The notes under the pieces were generated by a model. The model did not search any database. It was given only the letters and a program-made list of their open reading frames with translations, and was not told where the DNA came from. The position numbers and the translations under genes are program-made. A stretch of DNA of 63,804 nucleotides, counting the filler, from Collodictyon triciliatum (lineage: Eukaryota): assembly GCA_043381765.1 (NCBI GenBank). It is 6 parts of 6 records of this genome, joined end to end, with 100 filler letters (N's around TTAATTAATTAA, not from the genome) between each part and the next. Parts side by side here need not be neighbours in the genome. Positions count along the whole stretch, not along the records: positions 1 to 10,554 come from JBHJMP010002637.1; positions 10,655 to 21,209 come from JBHJMP010002638.1; 4 more parts are not named here. One strand, 5' to 3'. Each line of letters begins with the position of its first letter. The first letter of the stretch is position 1. Shown here piece after piece: positions 1 through 11,550 of this stretch.

Positions 1-350
1 AAGAGAAAAAAAGAGAAAAAAGAGAAAAAAGAGAAAAAAGAGAAAAAAAGAGAAAAAAAGAGAAAAAAAGAGAAAAAAGAGAAAAAAAGAGAGAAAAAAG
101 AGAAAAAAGAGAAAAAAGAGAAAAAAAGAGAAAAAAGAGAAAAAAGAGAAAAAAAGAGAAAAAAAAGAGAAAAAAGAGAAAAAAGAGAAAAAAGAGAAAA
201 AAAGAGAGAAAAGAGAAAAAAAGGAAAAAAGAGAAAAAAGAGAAAAAAGAGAAAAAAGAGAAAAAAGAGAAAAAAGAGAAAAAAGAGAAAAAAAGAGAGA
301 AAAGAGAAAAAAAGGAAGAGAAAGAGATTAGAAGAAAAGAGAAGAGAAGC
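1..350. repeat. Purine-rich (AAAAAAGAG-like) degenerate tandem repeat, probably intronic to the minus-strand gene
   Basis: Directly visible; lies downstream of a GTGAGT donor on the minus strand at about 367. Confidence 0.9.
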
Positions 351-367
351 ATAGGCGCACGACTCAC

Positions 368-498
368 TGCAACTCCACATCGATGTTTGCGATCACACCA
401 AGCGCAGAGACAAGCTTTTGGCTGACGTCTGCCCATTTTTGAGTCTGCTGCAAAAGATTTGTAAACTGTGTTGCGATTGACTCGCGCGCTGCTTCCAT
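368..498 (-). CDS. 5' coding exon of a possible C1orf109/AIRIM-like protein (partial)
   Basis: MEAARESIATQFTNLLQQTQKWADVSQKLVSALGVIANIDVELQ ends at a GTGAGT donor. The W...L..N...LQ pattern recalls the C1orf109 N-terminus (from memory only). Confidence 0.4.
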
Positions 499-639
499 CT
501 CAGTCTGCGCCTCCGGAAGTCTTTTTGGATATATATGCTTGGCTTTTGTAAGTGTGCCTCGTGCGCTGTGGAAGTAGAAGAAAAAAAAAAAACATAATAA
601 CAAAGGATTAAAATTATATAACTAACACGACTTCAGAAA

Positions 640-2495
640 ATGCAACACAGCGAAAAGGAAGGCGCGAGTCTCAAAGAGGATCGCTTGGGCGGCTTCGATC
701 TCCCTCCTTCACCAGTCTCTGCCCTCCCAAACTACGTGGAGTCGGTCAGCGCTTCCAAGCAGCTCTTTTTGCGGTTGGACATTGTGAGTTTTTATGCCTC
801 AACTAGTTTTACGCTTTGTGCTTTTATGCTTATGGTTTACGCTTTGTGCTTTGTGCTTTGTGCTTTGTGCTTTGTGCTTTGTGCTTTGTGCTTTGTGCTT
901 TGTGCTTTGTGCTTTGTGCTTTGTGCTTTGTGCTTTGTGCTTTGTGCTTTGTTCTTTGTTCTTTGTGCTTTGTGCTTTGTTCTTTGTTATTTGTGCTTTG
1001 TTCTTTGTTATTTGTGCTTTGTTCTTTGTTCTTTGTTCTTTGTGCCTTGTGCTTTGTTATTTGTTCTTTGTGCTTTTATGCTTATGTTTTGTGTTTTATG
1101 TTTATGGTAGAATAGGGATGGCTTTATCAGCGTGGAGGACCTTAAAGTTGTGATGAAGTCATTGCAGATCTACCCAAAAACTGTATGTCTCTGCGCTGAT
1201 TATTAGTATTTGTGTGCAATTCTTTTTTTTTTTTCATGACCAAGACATGATTCTGCTAATATAATGAGAATTTACTATCTTTGTGTAATTGTCAAAGTGT
1301 TTGATGGATTTGTGAATATCTCTTCACAGCAATATATAAAAGATGTTATTTCTGAGGTCGATGCTGACGGAGACCGTCTGATAAACTTTGGTGATGTAAG
1401 ATTATAGCTCGACCATACTATTTCTGAACTACTTTTGTTTCTGTTTCATATTTATATTTTGAGCCTGAATCCAGGGCTTAAATTATTATTATTATATTAT
1501 TATTTTATTATTATTTTATTATTATTTTATTATTATTTTATTATTATTTTATTATTATTTTATTATTATTTTATTATTATTTTATTATTTCGAAGATGGC
1601 ATCAATTAAGTGCCTTGTTTTTTGAACTATTTTTGTTGGCCCTTCTGAAAAAAACCATCTTTGGTTGAAACACCGAATAGTTTCTGAAGATGAGAGCAGA
1701 GAACAGGCCATACGAATTAAACATCATCGCGACATTCAAGAAGTTTGATGTGGATAAGATACACAGAGGTTTTTTAACTGACCGGGCTGTCATACAGGTA
1801 CTTAAAAATCATGATTTGAATAGTATGATATGACATTTAAAAGATATTATCCTTACACGACTTTTGGGGCACGATTTCTCCTTCTATTCCTGTACTTCTG
1901 AAATACTGGAGAATTGAATTGAAATTAATGATTGCAAATGTACTACCAAAGGTGTTGGCTGAGGAAGGTCTTAATACAGAGGAAATATGTAGCATAGCAG
2001 AATATTTAATGAAAGCAGATTTGAACAGAGATAGAAAGTTAAGTTATCAAAACTTGCGGGATTTAATGACTCAGGAAGTCCCTTTGGCATGGAAAAATTG
2101 GGTTCGAATCAGGTTTTTAATTGACAGAGCTCCATTTCATTTGGGTGATTGTAATTAATTATCCAAAGAGAAAAATTATGCAAAGGAACTTTAAAGTTTC
2201 CTATTCATCCATCCACCCGTTTTTTAAACTATGTGTCTTTTCTTTCCTACACCCATTTTTACATCCATTCTTGCGAATATGCTCCGCCTTTTCTTTTTGG
2301 TAATCGAGATATTGCGCGTATACTAGTTTGGCACGAGGTGTTGATAAGCAAACTTTGATTAAAACTTTGGAGGAAAACGGATTTACCGACGAGATGATTC
2401 CTAGGATATTCGCCGAGGTTTCATCTCCGAGGAAGAAAGAAGATTGCGATCCGTTTGCGTCGGGCTCCTATCGAATGTATTTTGTCCGCAGTTGA
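640..2495 (+). CDS. Calmodulin-like four-EF-hand protein with C-terminal helical module
   Basis: Exons 640-783, 1111-1182, 1330-1395, 1681-1797, 1952-2112, 2327-2495 join in frame via GT-AG introns. EF loops DINRDGFISVED, DADGDRLINFGD, DVDKIHRGFLT, DLNRDRKLSYQN. Confidence 0.85.
816..1090 (+). repeat. Intronic (TTTGTGC)n minisatellite
   Basis: Directly visible in intron 1 of the EF-hand gene; explains the CALCFVL ORFs. Confidence 0.95.
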
Positions 2496-3264
2496 TTCAT
2501 TATTATCTTCATTATTTTATGTACCACTGTCAAGGAATGCTGCAACTGTTGAACATCGTTTCGGTCTTATTTGATTTTTCTTTCGCAATAAATGCAGTGT
2601 TGGTTGTTAGTAGAGTCTGGGATTGTTTTCATGTGTATGTCTAAACTGTATGATTTGGTGGCATGCTCGGGGCTTGGTGAAGTAATAAGTATTTCCTATT
2701 TATCTTTTCATTTACCTTAAAAGAAAGAGTAGGATAGTCATGAAATCAAATCAAATGGCCAACCCCAACACACAAAGTCTGTTCGTAGGCTTCACATCTC
2801 TATCATTTATTTTCTAAAGTAAAAATATTCGCCATTTCCCACCAATGATTTATTTCCTGATGGTGCGGACTTGACATGACAGAATTTGGTATATTTCAGT
2901 ACGCAATTTTATACAAATAACAACAGACTTATTACTTTAACAAGGGATGTCATCTGTTAATTCGTGTAATAAGCTGCTTTTATTATTTCTTAAGATAAAG
3001 TATTGAGATAAAATAGAGTGGTTTCAGAATGATGATTGGTCAATGAGATGAAGATTAGATTCCATATTTTGGGTGCGGATGTACAGATGAGGAGAAGGAG
3101 GCGAAGTGTGCGTGTGTGACGGGAATTCTATCTTTCGTATACTAAATATCTAATGGTTCACTTCTCCTGTAGCTATAACGTTGCGCAGTATGTGTATTGT
3201 GCATTGCGCATTGTTTCTTTTTTTTCTCTCTCTCTTTTCCTTCTTACCATTCTCACGCACGCGA

Positions 3265-6200
3265 CTACGACGGGGCGCTGAGCACTTTTGTAAAGTGAGA
3301 GACAGTCGCATAATATTTGGCTGGCGTAAGTCGGATTGAACGAATCGCGCGCATTGTTTTGGCCTCGCTTATGTCCTGGTAAATATAATAATTTAATACT
3401 AATAAAATGAAACAAACCATTTATTAGTCTTCTCCAAAAAACTAAAAAAAAAAAAAAAGTCATTACGCGTGATATGTTCGTCAGCATTTTCATGCATTTG
3501 TCGAATCCAGACTTGAGAATCTTTGGTGAAAGTATTTTTATGATGCCTAGCACAAATTCAAAGTCAATAAGATGGTATTATCATTATTATTATTTTAAAA
3601 AAAAGGAGGAAATAATGGAAGTTTGACGAATTATATGTAAAGTTGAAAGAAATAAAAGCCATAAAGAAGCGAAGAGGCTGACCAATTCCTGCTCTAAAAG
3701 CAAAGAGCTCTCCATCCAAAACATATAAATCCCAAAGGCGCGTGGACAACTCCAGATTCAGTAAACGGGCAAATATTGTCATAAACCTGAGATTAATAAA
3801 CATATATTAATGGCCATCACAAACAATCAAAGAAACGAGACAGTGCGATGAGGAAATAGAGAAAAATGGACCATTCAACCACGTATAAACTGGATGTAAT
3901 TTTGAGCTGCTGAAAATGCCTATTATGAGAAAATATGTTTAAAACGCACCCCAATGAATACCAACAATCATATTTGCACTTTGTGATGATGGACAAGTGA
4001 GTCGACTCTGATTTATTAAAGTAAAAGGTAAACTATAATTACTTTGCGGTTTCCGGTAGATACTCAAGTAATAGATGGTCGAATACAGCAAACCGAACAT
4101 CGATCTGAAAAGTGAAGACCAAGAAAAGACTGCATTAGGTACAATACAAGTATTATACATCGTATCATATGGAATCGTCCTTGTTGATGCGTGCATACTT
4201 CTGGAGGCTCCATTCGGAAAAGAGCGCGCATGTGATTTGAATTCAGCAAATGGGCCAAACATATGAATGATTCGCATCCAGACATGTTCAGTAGGAGCAT
4301 CGCCGCGATGTACGACATTCCTGAGAGGCATAGCGATGAATGGAGAGAAAGTTTGGGCACAATTTTTTTTTTTTTGTGATTTTCATTTAAAAAATTGCGA
4401 TATAGACATTAAATTTCTAGAAAATGGCATTGTGTCGGAAAAAATTAATGAAATGAAACAAGGAGCTTTGCATCAGAACCTTGAACCTATATAGTACATC
4501 AGAATCATTTCTCTAATAAAGATTAAATGGATTACTCAGTCATATTTGTCTTGGAGTTTGAAGGGGAATCAAATGATTACGTATCCAACGTCTGGCCTGT
4601 ATGCCACGTATGCTTCCAATACATCCTGGAGAGATTCAAACTCTGGGGTCTATGATAGATGAAAGATAAATTGCCCGAATAGCCTTCAAACTGTACATAA
4701 TCAATCAATGATAAAATGTTGGAACATACCCCTGGAGTGAAAAAGCCAAGTTCGGGAAATGTTCGTTCCAGATCAAGAGTTATCATAGCCAGGCTGTTCA
4801 TCTTTCCCGGAAACATCTCTTCAATCGCAGCTTCGTTCATGCCCCGCTACGTTGAAATGTGATGAATTTTATACAGTTTTCGAATCTTGAACATATATGG
4901 ATAGGATACGCTCAGGAAGCATTCAGCGCTACATATACACACATATAATTCCAACACAATATTTAAATGCGTTCGAGTCATTAGCAGAAAAAGATAAAAA
5001 AAAAAAAAAAAAAAGAAAAATGAAAAAAAAAAAACTTAAAAGAAAAATGCGTTCAAATCATTAGAAAAAAAAGAAAAAAAAAAAAAAAAAAGGAAAATGG
5101 AAGTAAAATGACCTTCAACGCCAAGTCTACAGCTGTCCGGTTTGTGCGGGCATTTTTTACCATTATATTGTAAAGTTCTATGTCGCAGAAATGATATTAG
5201 GCGGCATGATTTTCTTGATTTCCAACGAAAGAAATAAGCCAATCAATAAAAGCATAGAACATGATGCTGAATAAATTGGAATGATGTAACCTTCGGTAAT
5301 GTTCATGGGATTCCCAATTGCGAGGGACCATACTTTTCCGCGATGCTTTGGTGGTATTCCTTTCCAAAAAAGCTCTCTAACACGATTGGTATTTTTTCTG
5401 CATCGACCGCAAGAAAAATGAGATAGAAAGATATAGATGAGGAAAATGTGTGATTGACTAATCTTAAAAACGAGGAGGTCGATATGTATGTAAAAGTGGT
5501 AATAAAATATTGATTATGTATTGAATAGGGTTTTTTTTTATTATTATCTTATGGGGATCAAAATTGCTTCTCATTTATTTACGAAATTTATTCATATAGA
5601 TGGGCTTACTTTTCATGGAAGTGCGGGATAACATCGTTTTCCCATATCAACTTAACACTTTGTATGGTTTCTTCCCTGGTAATTGCGTCCTCTGTGCGAA
5701 TAGGTCCACTTTCATCTTTTTTTTTTTTTTACAAAAAAATATCAAGTATCAAATGAATTGCTTAATTAGCATTTTTGATAAAGATTAATTATAGTTATCA
5801 GATAAATAAAACAAAATAGTTTATTTACTTCACGTGAATGAATATAATTACAGACCAATACGACCATATGAAAAGAACCAAGCCAGAAGAAAAAGCTGAT
5901 TGTAAATGATACAGATTGAAATGTTGATTAGCCTTGATAAATCGGATTTACCCGAGTGCTTGAGCTTCTGAACGATGCGATTCAGCTTGAATCCAACAGA
6001 ACCCCGTGGGGAGGTTATCTGGTCCGGTTGAGGAACTGATATATGCAACCTATAGACAGCTCTTGAGGACATGCGGAGGGGGGAAAAGAGGGAGGAAACA
6101 AAGCAAAGCAAAGCAAAACAAAACAAAACAAAACAAAACAAAACAAAACAAAACAAAACAAAACAAAACAAAACAAGCACGTGAAAGCAGGAAAACTTTA

Positions 6201-6521
6201 TCCTTTTTCTCTAAAAACAAAAATACCTTTCTACACTTAGAGTTTTTCTGCTTCTCGAAAAGCGCGAGGAAGTTGCCATGGATCGATGCGAGAATCCTGA
6301 GCCAGGAGACTGACTTTCGTAGCCAAAACTTGCGGGACACGAGTGCGCGATCGAAAGCACCGGCGAAGTCGACGATTCCACCGTCATTGAGGTCGTTGAG
6401 CTGTTGATTGAAGAGATTGATCGATAGCTTGTGTCGATTTCCTCCTCAGAGTCGTATACAGCCTCGCTGAGTTCTGCAGTGACAAGAGACCGGCTCAGCA
6501 TCGAAGCGAGAGTATGGGCCA
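3265..6521 (-). CDS. TBC1D14: TBC-domain Rab GTPase-activating protein, TBC1D12/TBC1D14-like (about 14 exons)
   Basis: Spliced motifs [83 protein letters not shown]. The start could be 6521 or 6618. Confidence 0.88.
6098..6176. repeat. (AAAAC)n microsatellite in TBC gene intron 1
   Basis: Directly visible. Confidence 0.95.
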
Positions 6522-8204
6522 TGAGCTTGTGTGCGTAAATGTGTATGTGGTTAATAGACAAGCGAACCGGTGGCTGTTTCCTCCAATGAACTGGCTTTGG
6601 AAGACTCTGCATAAACATCCTCAGTTGATTGAAGAAGGGGGTTCATAGTCTGGCTTTCCTTCTTCTTTTTTACCTAGAGAAGAAAAAATGAGGAAGGAAG
6701 GGCTCTAGGGGGGTAGGTTGAGTAAGAAAAGCGGGTCACTTATTACTTTTCTTATTATATTTTTTTTTGTTCTCCGTTTTCCTCTACCCAACATGCGGAT
6801 ATGATGATCGGCTGTCAAATAGGCACGGCGAGGATAACAAAAAAAGAAAAAGGAAAAAAAAGGAAAAAGGGAAAAGGAAAAAGGAAAAAGGAACTGGTAA
6901 CGTCCAACGATATATTGTCATATTGCATTTTTTTAGTAGGAGGAAGAAGTGAGGGACAGCAAAGCAGCCCAATCTGCCTTTCTCGAAAGTGATCACCCAG
7001 GCCTGATTCTTCGCCAAGGACGAGACGCGAATGTATACGTCAAATCATTGTTGACCAATTCGGCAGATGCAAAGAGAAGAAATCTCTTCGCTTTTCATTC
7101 TTTTTGGGTGAAGGAAGAGAAGAACAAAAACTAAAACGAATACGAAAATGAAACTAAACAACAAAGAAAGCAACAAAGAAAAATGAAAAGAAAAAATGGA
7201 ATGAAGAAATAAGAGTGTAGAGGAAGCTTAAAAGAACAGAAAGAATAAAAAGAACTAGGGCGCAACCCAGCAGCCTTTTGAACTCCCTTTTTGCACGCGC
7301 CCTTCTCGAGCCCACCAAGCGAGCAACAGACGCGGTCATCGATTCAAAGCTGAAGACAACGCGCTTCTTCTGTCCCACAAATACCGTTTGTCCGTGGCTT
7401 TGTCTACCCAAACAAACAATCAAACAAACAATCAAACAAACAATCAAACAAACAATCATACAAACAAACAAACCGCCAGTAAATGTCTTGGTTGATTTCG
7501 TCTTGATCAAACCCAACGTTTGCTTGGAAAGCCAAATTGCTGAATGAGGATTGATTGGGAATGATGGGATCAAACTTTCCTAATTTGGAAAAAGATAGCT
7601 GATACATAACTGGAAAGAATGATTATTCGAGAAAAGGAGGACAGAAGCGGTGGATCAATTAGAGCGAAAGTGGTGGCATTGTTTCGTTTGATTGTCTTGT
7701 GACTGACGAGATGCCACTTAGTGGTATTGCATCTTCTCATTATTATTTTTTTTAGCACTAGGACGTGGAGTTATTGAGTACGTATTTCACTGGAATTAAA
7801 ACCATCCGACTAGTCATAGAAGCAATGATAATACAAAAACCGTTTGTAAAGGATTGTTGTAAGGATTAACTACCGAAGAATATCGCGCCATTCTTTTTTT
7901 CTTGAGACGTGGATAGATTTGGCCCTTATTTGTTTTATTTTATTCATTTCGTAAAGAGGCAAAATGCTCCTTCGTTTCATGAAAGCAAGTCCGCGGTCAG
8001 CTTTGTTTTGCCTCTCCAATAAGTCTCAATAAGCATTTAACTTGAAATGAGCTGATAAAAATGGATACTGGCTGAGATCTTTTTCTGTCAACTGCAATAA
8101 TTGGACGCCAAAAAGCTTTCCTTAACAACCTCCAAAATGTCACGCTGAAGCTTCGGTGTTTTTAGATAATTCAAAAGCTCATTTGTGCGCATGTCCCTGG
8201 CGAC

Positions 8205-10297
8205 TTACATCGAAACGTTGCGATGTACAGTAAGAAAACTGATCACCTCCACCAACATGACTTGAACTTCGGTAGAGCTGATTCTCTTCTCATAGTCCTT
8301 TTCCCAGCATAGTAAGACCAATGATGCGAGGTTGGGAGGGCACGAAGTTGGCAACTTCAAATTACCTTTCGAAACACGATAACCAATCTCGTTTATTGTC
8401 ATTCCTTCATAGGGATACTCACCAGTTAGCATAGACCAGATGATGACACCGTAAGAATAGACATCACTCGAAGGCCCCATACTTTTTCCAATCTCAAAGA
8501 CTTCGGGCGGTGACCAATTTTTTGAACCGCCAAAGACGCTCATTGAATTTACTAGTAAGCCTATCTTCGAAGCACCAAAGTCGGATATCTTTGCGACCCC
8601 ATCGACTAATAGGATATTTTCAGTCTTGAGGTCGCGATGCTGGATTGGCCCTCGAATCCGAGTATGCAAGTATTTGAGGCCTTGGATGATGTGCATCGCA
8701 AATTGCAAAGTTGTATCGCTCCTTAATGGCCTATTTTCTCTAATGTAAGTACACAAGTCGCCTCCAGTTGCAAATTCCATTACAAAGAGGAGATCTTTGC
8801 CACGATAGCCATAGTCAAATAAAGTAGCTACGTTTGGGTGTTGAAGTCCAAGCATAATACTGCCCTCCATTTCTATGTCAAAGCCACAGTCTGACTTGTA
8901 GGAGGCTGCGTTGGCGATTTTTTTCACAGCAACCAAACCGGCTTTGAGTCGAACTTTGTAGACCACACCGTTGCCACCCTTTCCAATGGCATCCTCAGAG
9001 TTTTCAAAATCAAAGAAGAGAACATCGGCGTATTTGCCAAGTGCGAGACCGCTTCCAACTGAAATTATATAGTGTATTATTATTCGACTTTGTGTAAGTA
9101 TGATACCAAAAAAAAAGTGATTAACCAGTATACTTGTAAGGTTATTGTTACCAGATCTACGTCTAGACGATGCGGGTTGAGGTTGGGGTTGGAGATGTGG
9201 TGTTGCTGGAACGGTTCGTGCTTTCGATGAATTAGGAGCTCCGGGTGCCTTTGTAAGGATTGCGTTTATTCAAGAATATTATATGCCATTAGCAAGAAAA
9301 AAAACACAAGTGAGAAAAACAATAACAATCTCATGATGAGAGGATGATTATGCTGCTTTACAGTATCGTAGAGATCCAATTTTCGAAGGGAGTCTGAATA
9401 GCTTGTTGTCATCCATGCCTCCTTGTCTTTGCTCCTCCAACACGGGAGGTTTGTAATCCCTCGCGGGGCTCTCTTGATGTTTATCATGCCAGATCCGTTC
9501 TGAATAGCTAGCCTCTGTAGATTCTTTAGCATGGTAAAATGCTCTGGGAGCTCCTGAATCTATGCGCATAAGAGAGGGAGAGCAATAAGTCAAAAAATAC
9601 ATAAATTTACAAACTAAAGCATAAATCAGCCAAGTACAATTGAAAAACAAACTGGCTTTATGAGCATACTTAATGAGCTGCATAAAAAAAAATGATTTGA
9701 TATAAGCGCAAACAATTTTCACTGTATTTCTATTATCTTAGAGAATAAATATGCATTATCAAATATAAATTTACTAACAGGATTGCCGAAAACAAAGAGG
9801 ACTTCGAGCCCGGTCAAAAGAAACAGCTCTGTCGGAAGGGAAGAAATCTGGTTGTCAAAGACCCGGAAATCCTTCAGACGAACAAACGCTGATAAAAATG
9901 TAGGGAGCGATGTAAGCCGGTTGCTGGGAACACTAAGCTCTGTCAGGCCTGTCAGTCCCTCCATTCCAGCAGGCAATGACATAAGTTGATTGTCATGCAT
10001 GATGAGTCTGATAAGGCCTGTCAACAGTGCAATCTCCATAGGGACGGATGAAAGTATGTTGTTTTGCAGGTCAAGCCGCGTGAGTCCGGTCAAGCGCGAT
10101 ATGTGCGGTGCAATATTCGAAAGCTTGTTGTTGCAGAGACTTAGGCTTGCCAGACGCGTCAGTTCCCACACACCCACAGGCACGGCTCGAAGGCTGCGTC
10201 GGCCCAGCGGCAAGTATGTGCAGCGTTCCAGAGACTCGAGGCTGTCAAATCCAGCCAGCTTTTGAAGCTCTTGCAGGTGTGCGCGGAGATCCGTCAT
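8205..10297 (-). CDS. Cytosolic leucine-rich-repeat protein kinase (TKL-like)
   Basis: Exons 10297-9779, 9559-9362, 9248-9134, 9058-8205 are in frame. About 7 LRRs, then GKGGNGVVY, VAVKK, HRDLKTEN, DFG, WSPPE, SDVYSYG. No signal peptide or TM segment seen. Confidence 0.9.
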
Positions 10298-10340
10298 TGC
10301 GTGCTTTTCTGGAGGTGTTCTGAGTTTTGTTTGCTCAGTA

Positions 10341-10406
10341 AGTTTTGCAGGTTTTGCAAGTTTTGCAGGTTTTGCAGGTTTTGCAGGTTTTGCAGGTTTT
10401 GCAGGT
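10341..10406. repeat. 9-bp tandem repeat (AGGTTTTGC)n just upstream of the LRR-kinase ATG
   Basis: About 7 units directly visible. Confidence 0.9.
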
Positions 10407-10499
10407 AATCGCGATCTGCTGGTGATCTGTGCTTCGAATTGTTTGGGTTTGTTTGTTCAAAAGTTGTTTAAACCGATCAAGTAGCTAACACTACCTAAT

Positions 10500-10554
<55 letters not shown>

Positions 10555-10654
10555 NNNNNNNNNNNNNNNNNNNNNNNNNNNNNNNNNNNNNNNNNNNNTT
10601 AATTAATTAANNNNNNNNNNNNNNNNNNNNNNNNNNNNNNNNNNNNNNNNNNNN
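10555..10654. other. Artificial scaffold spacer N44-TTAATTAATTAA-N44
   Basis: Six-frame stop linker, repeated identically five times in the window. Confidence 0.97.
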
Positions 10655-10754
10655 GTATGTATGTATGTATGTATGTATGTATGTATGTATGTATGTATGT
10701 ATGTATGTATGTATGTATGTATGTATGTATGTATGTATGTATGTATGTATGTAT
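10655..10754. repeat. (GTAT)n microsatellite at scaffold start
   Basis: Directly visible; an (AG)n run at 10503-10554 ends the previous scaffold. Confidence 0.95.
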
Positions 10755-10821
10755 TTCTTAAAATAATATCTGGCGACACCCATAGCTACGTCCATGAAAT
10801 CTACTACCTGGATGTCTCAAA

Positions 10822-11077
10822 GCCTGAGACGTACATTCTCTTCTACGAGAGACAGAAACCCCACCACATAACACCCAGTAAGTCTCTGAACCCATTCGAT
10901 GAACCGGAGCCAGAACTGGGCTCAGCCAACGCGGAGGACAAGCCATCTACTGAAGCTGTTGCTGGCGATGCCACCTCAAGTTCCACCCCGAGCACAACCG
11001 CTACCGACATCCCTGACCTTGAAGACGTTGCTCTAGACCCCAAAGAACCAAACGAGGGCGAAGTGCATTCATTTTAA
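10822..11077 (+). CDS. 3' exon of a probable ubiquitin-specific protease (partial)
   Basis: PETYILFYERQ matches the USP C-terminal (A)YxLFYxR motif, followed by an acidic low-complexity tail and TAA. The exon start is uncertain. Confidence 0.5.
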
Positions 11078-11550
11078 GTCGTCCTAACTACGAACCTTGC
11101 CTCTTTGTCTTACCCAATACATCACGACACAGCACAATACACCACAACACACTATAACACATCACAACACATCACAACATTTCACAACACAACACAACAC
11201 AACACATCCAATCACATCACAATGCACACTACAATACTAAGCAATGCTCGGCCGGAAAAGAAAAGCAGAAGGCAGAAATAAAAACAAAACCCCAAGCCCA
11301 CCTCATACCAAAGCGCGCCACACCGCACACAACAGAGAAAGGCCGAAAGGGGGACACAAAACATTCAAAGAAAACAGTCCTGAAATCGCCACGGTCCATA
11401 TAATGTCCCCGGTGTTGTGGGGTCGCCACATCATGAAATAAAGCACAGGCTCGCAGAGATGAAGGCTCCCCGCACGCCATTGGCCACTGGTCTGCCATCC
11501 CTACCTGACTCACGCTCTCCCGACCGCAGATCTCCTTGGCGAAGCTGCAG

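Noticed and set aside
794-1153. Hydrophobic or low-complexity ORFs (CALCFVL, ILILIL, MYVC, FVFIC, IIII and similar, throughout the window)
   Set aside because: They are translations of intronic or intergenic microsatellites
2095-2120. GGTTCGAATC T-loop-like motif suggesting a tRNA
   Set aside because: It lies in a coding exon (W-V-R-I) and has no cloverleaf stems
6950-7600. Coding-like or ncRNA segment between the TBC and LRR-kinase genes
   Set aside because: No recognisable motif in any frame and no snRNA or snoRNA signature I can support
10599-10610. Palindromic TTAATTAATTAA repeated every 10.6 kb as a biological periodic element or transposon target site
   Set aside because: It is always centred in N44/N44 and is a known six-frame-stop assembly linker
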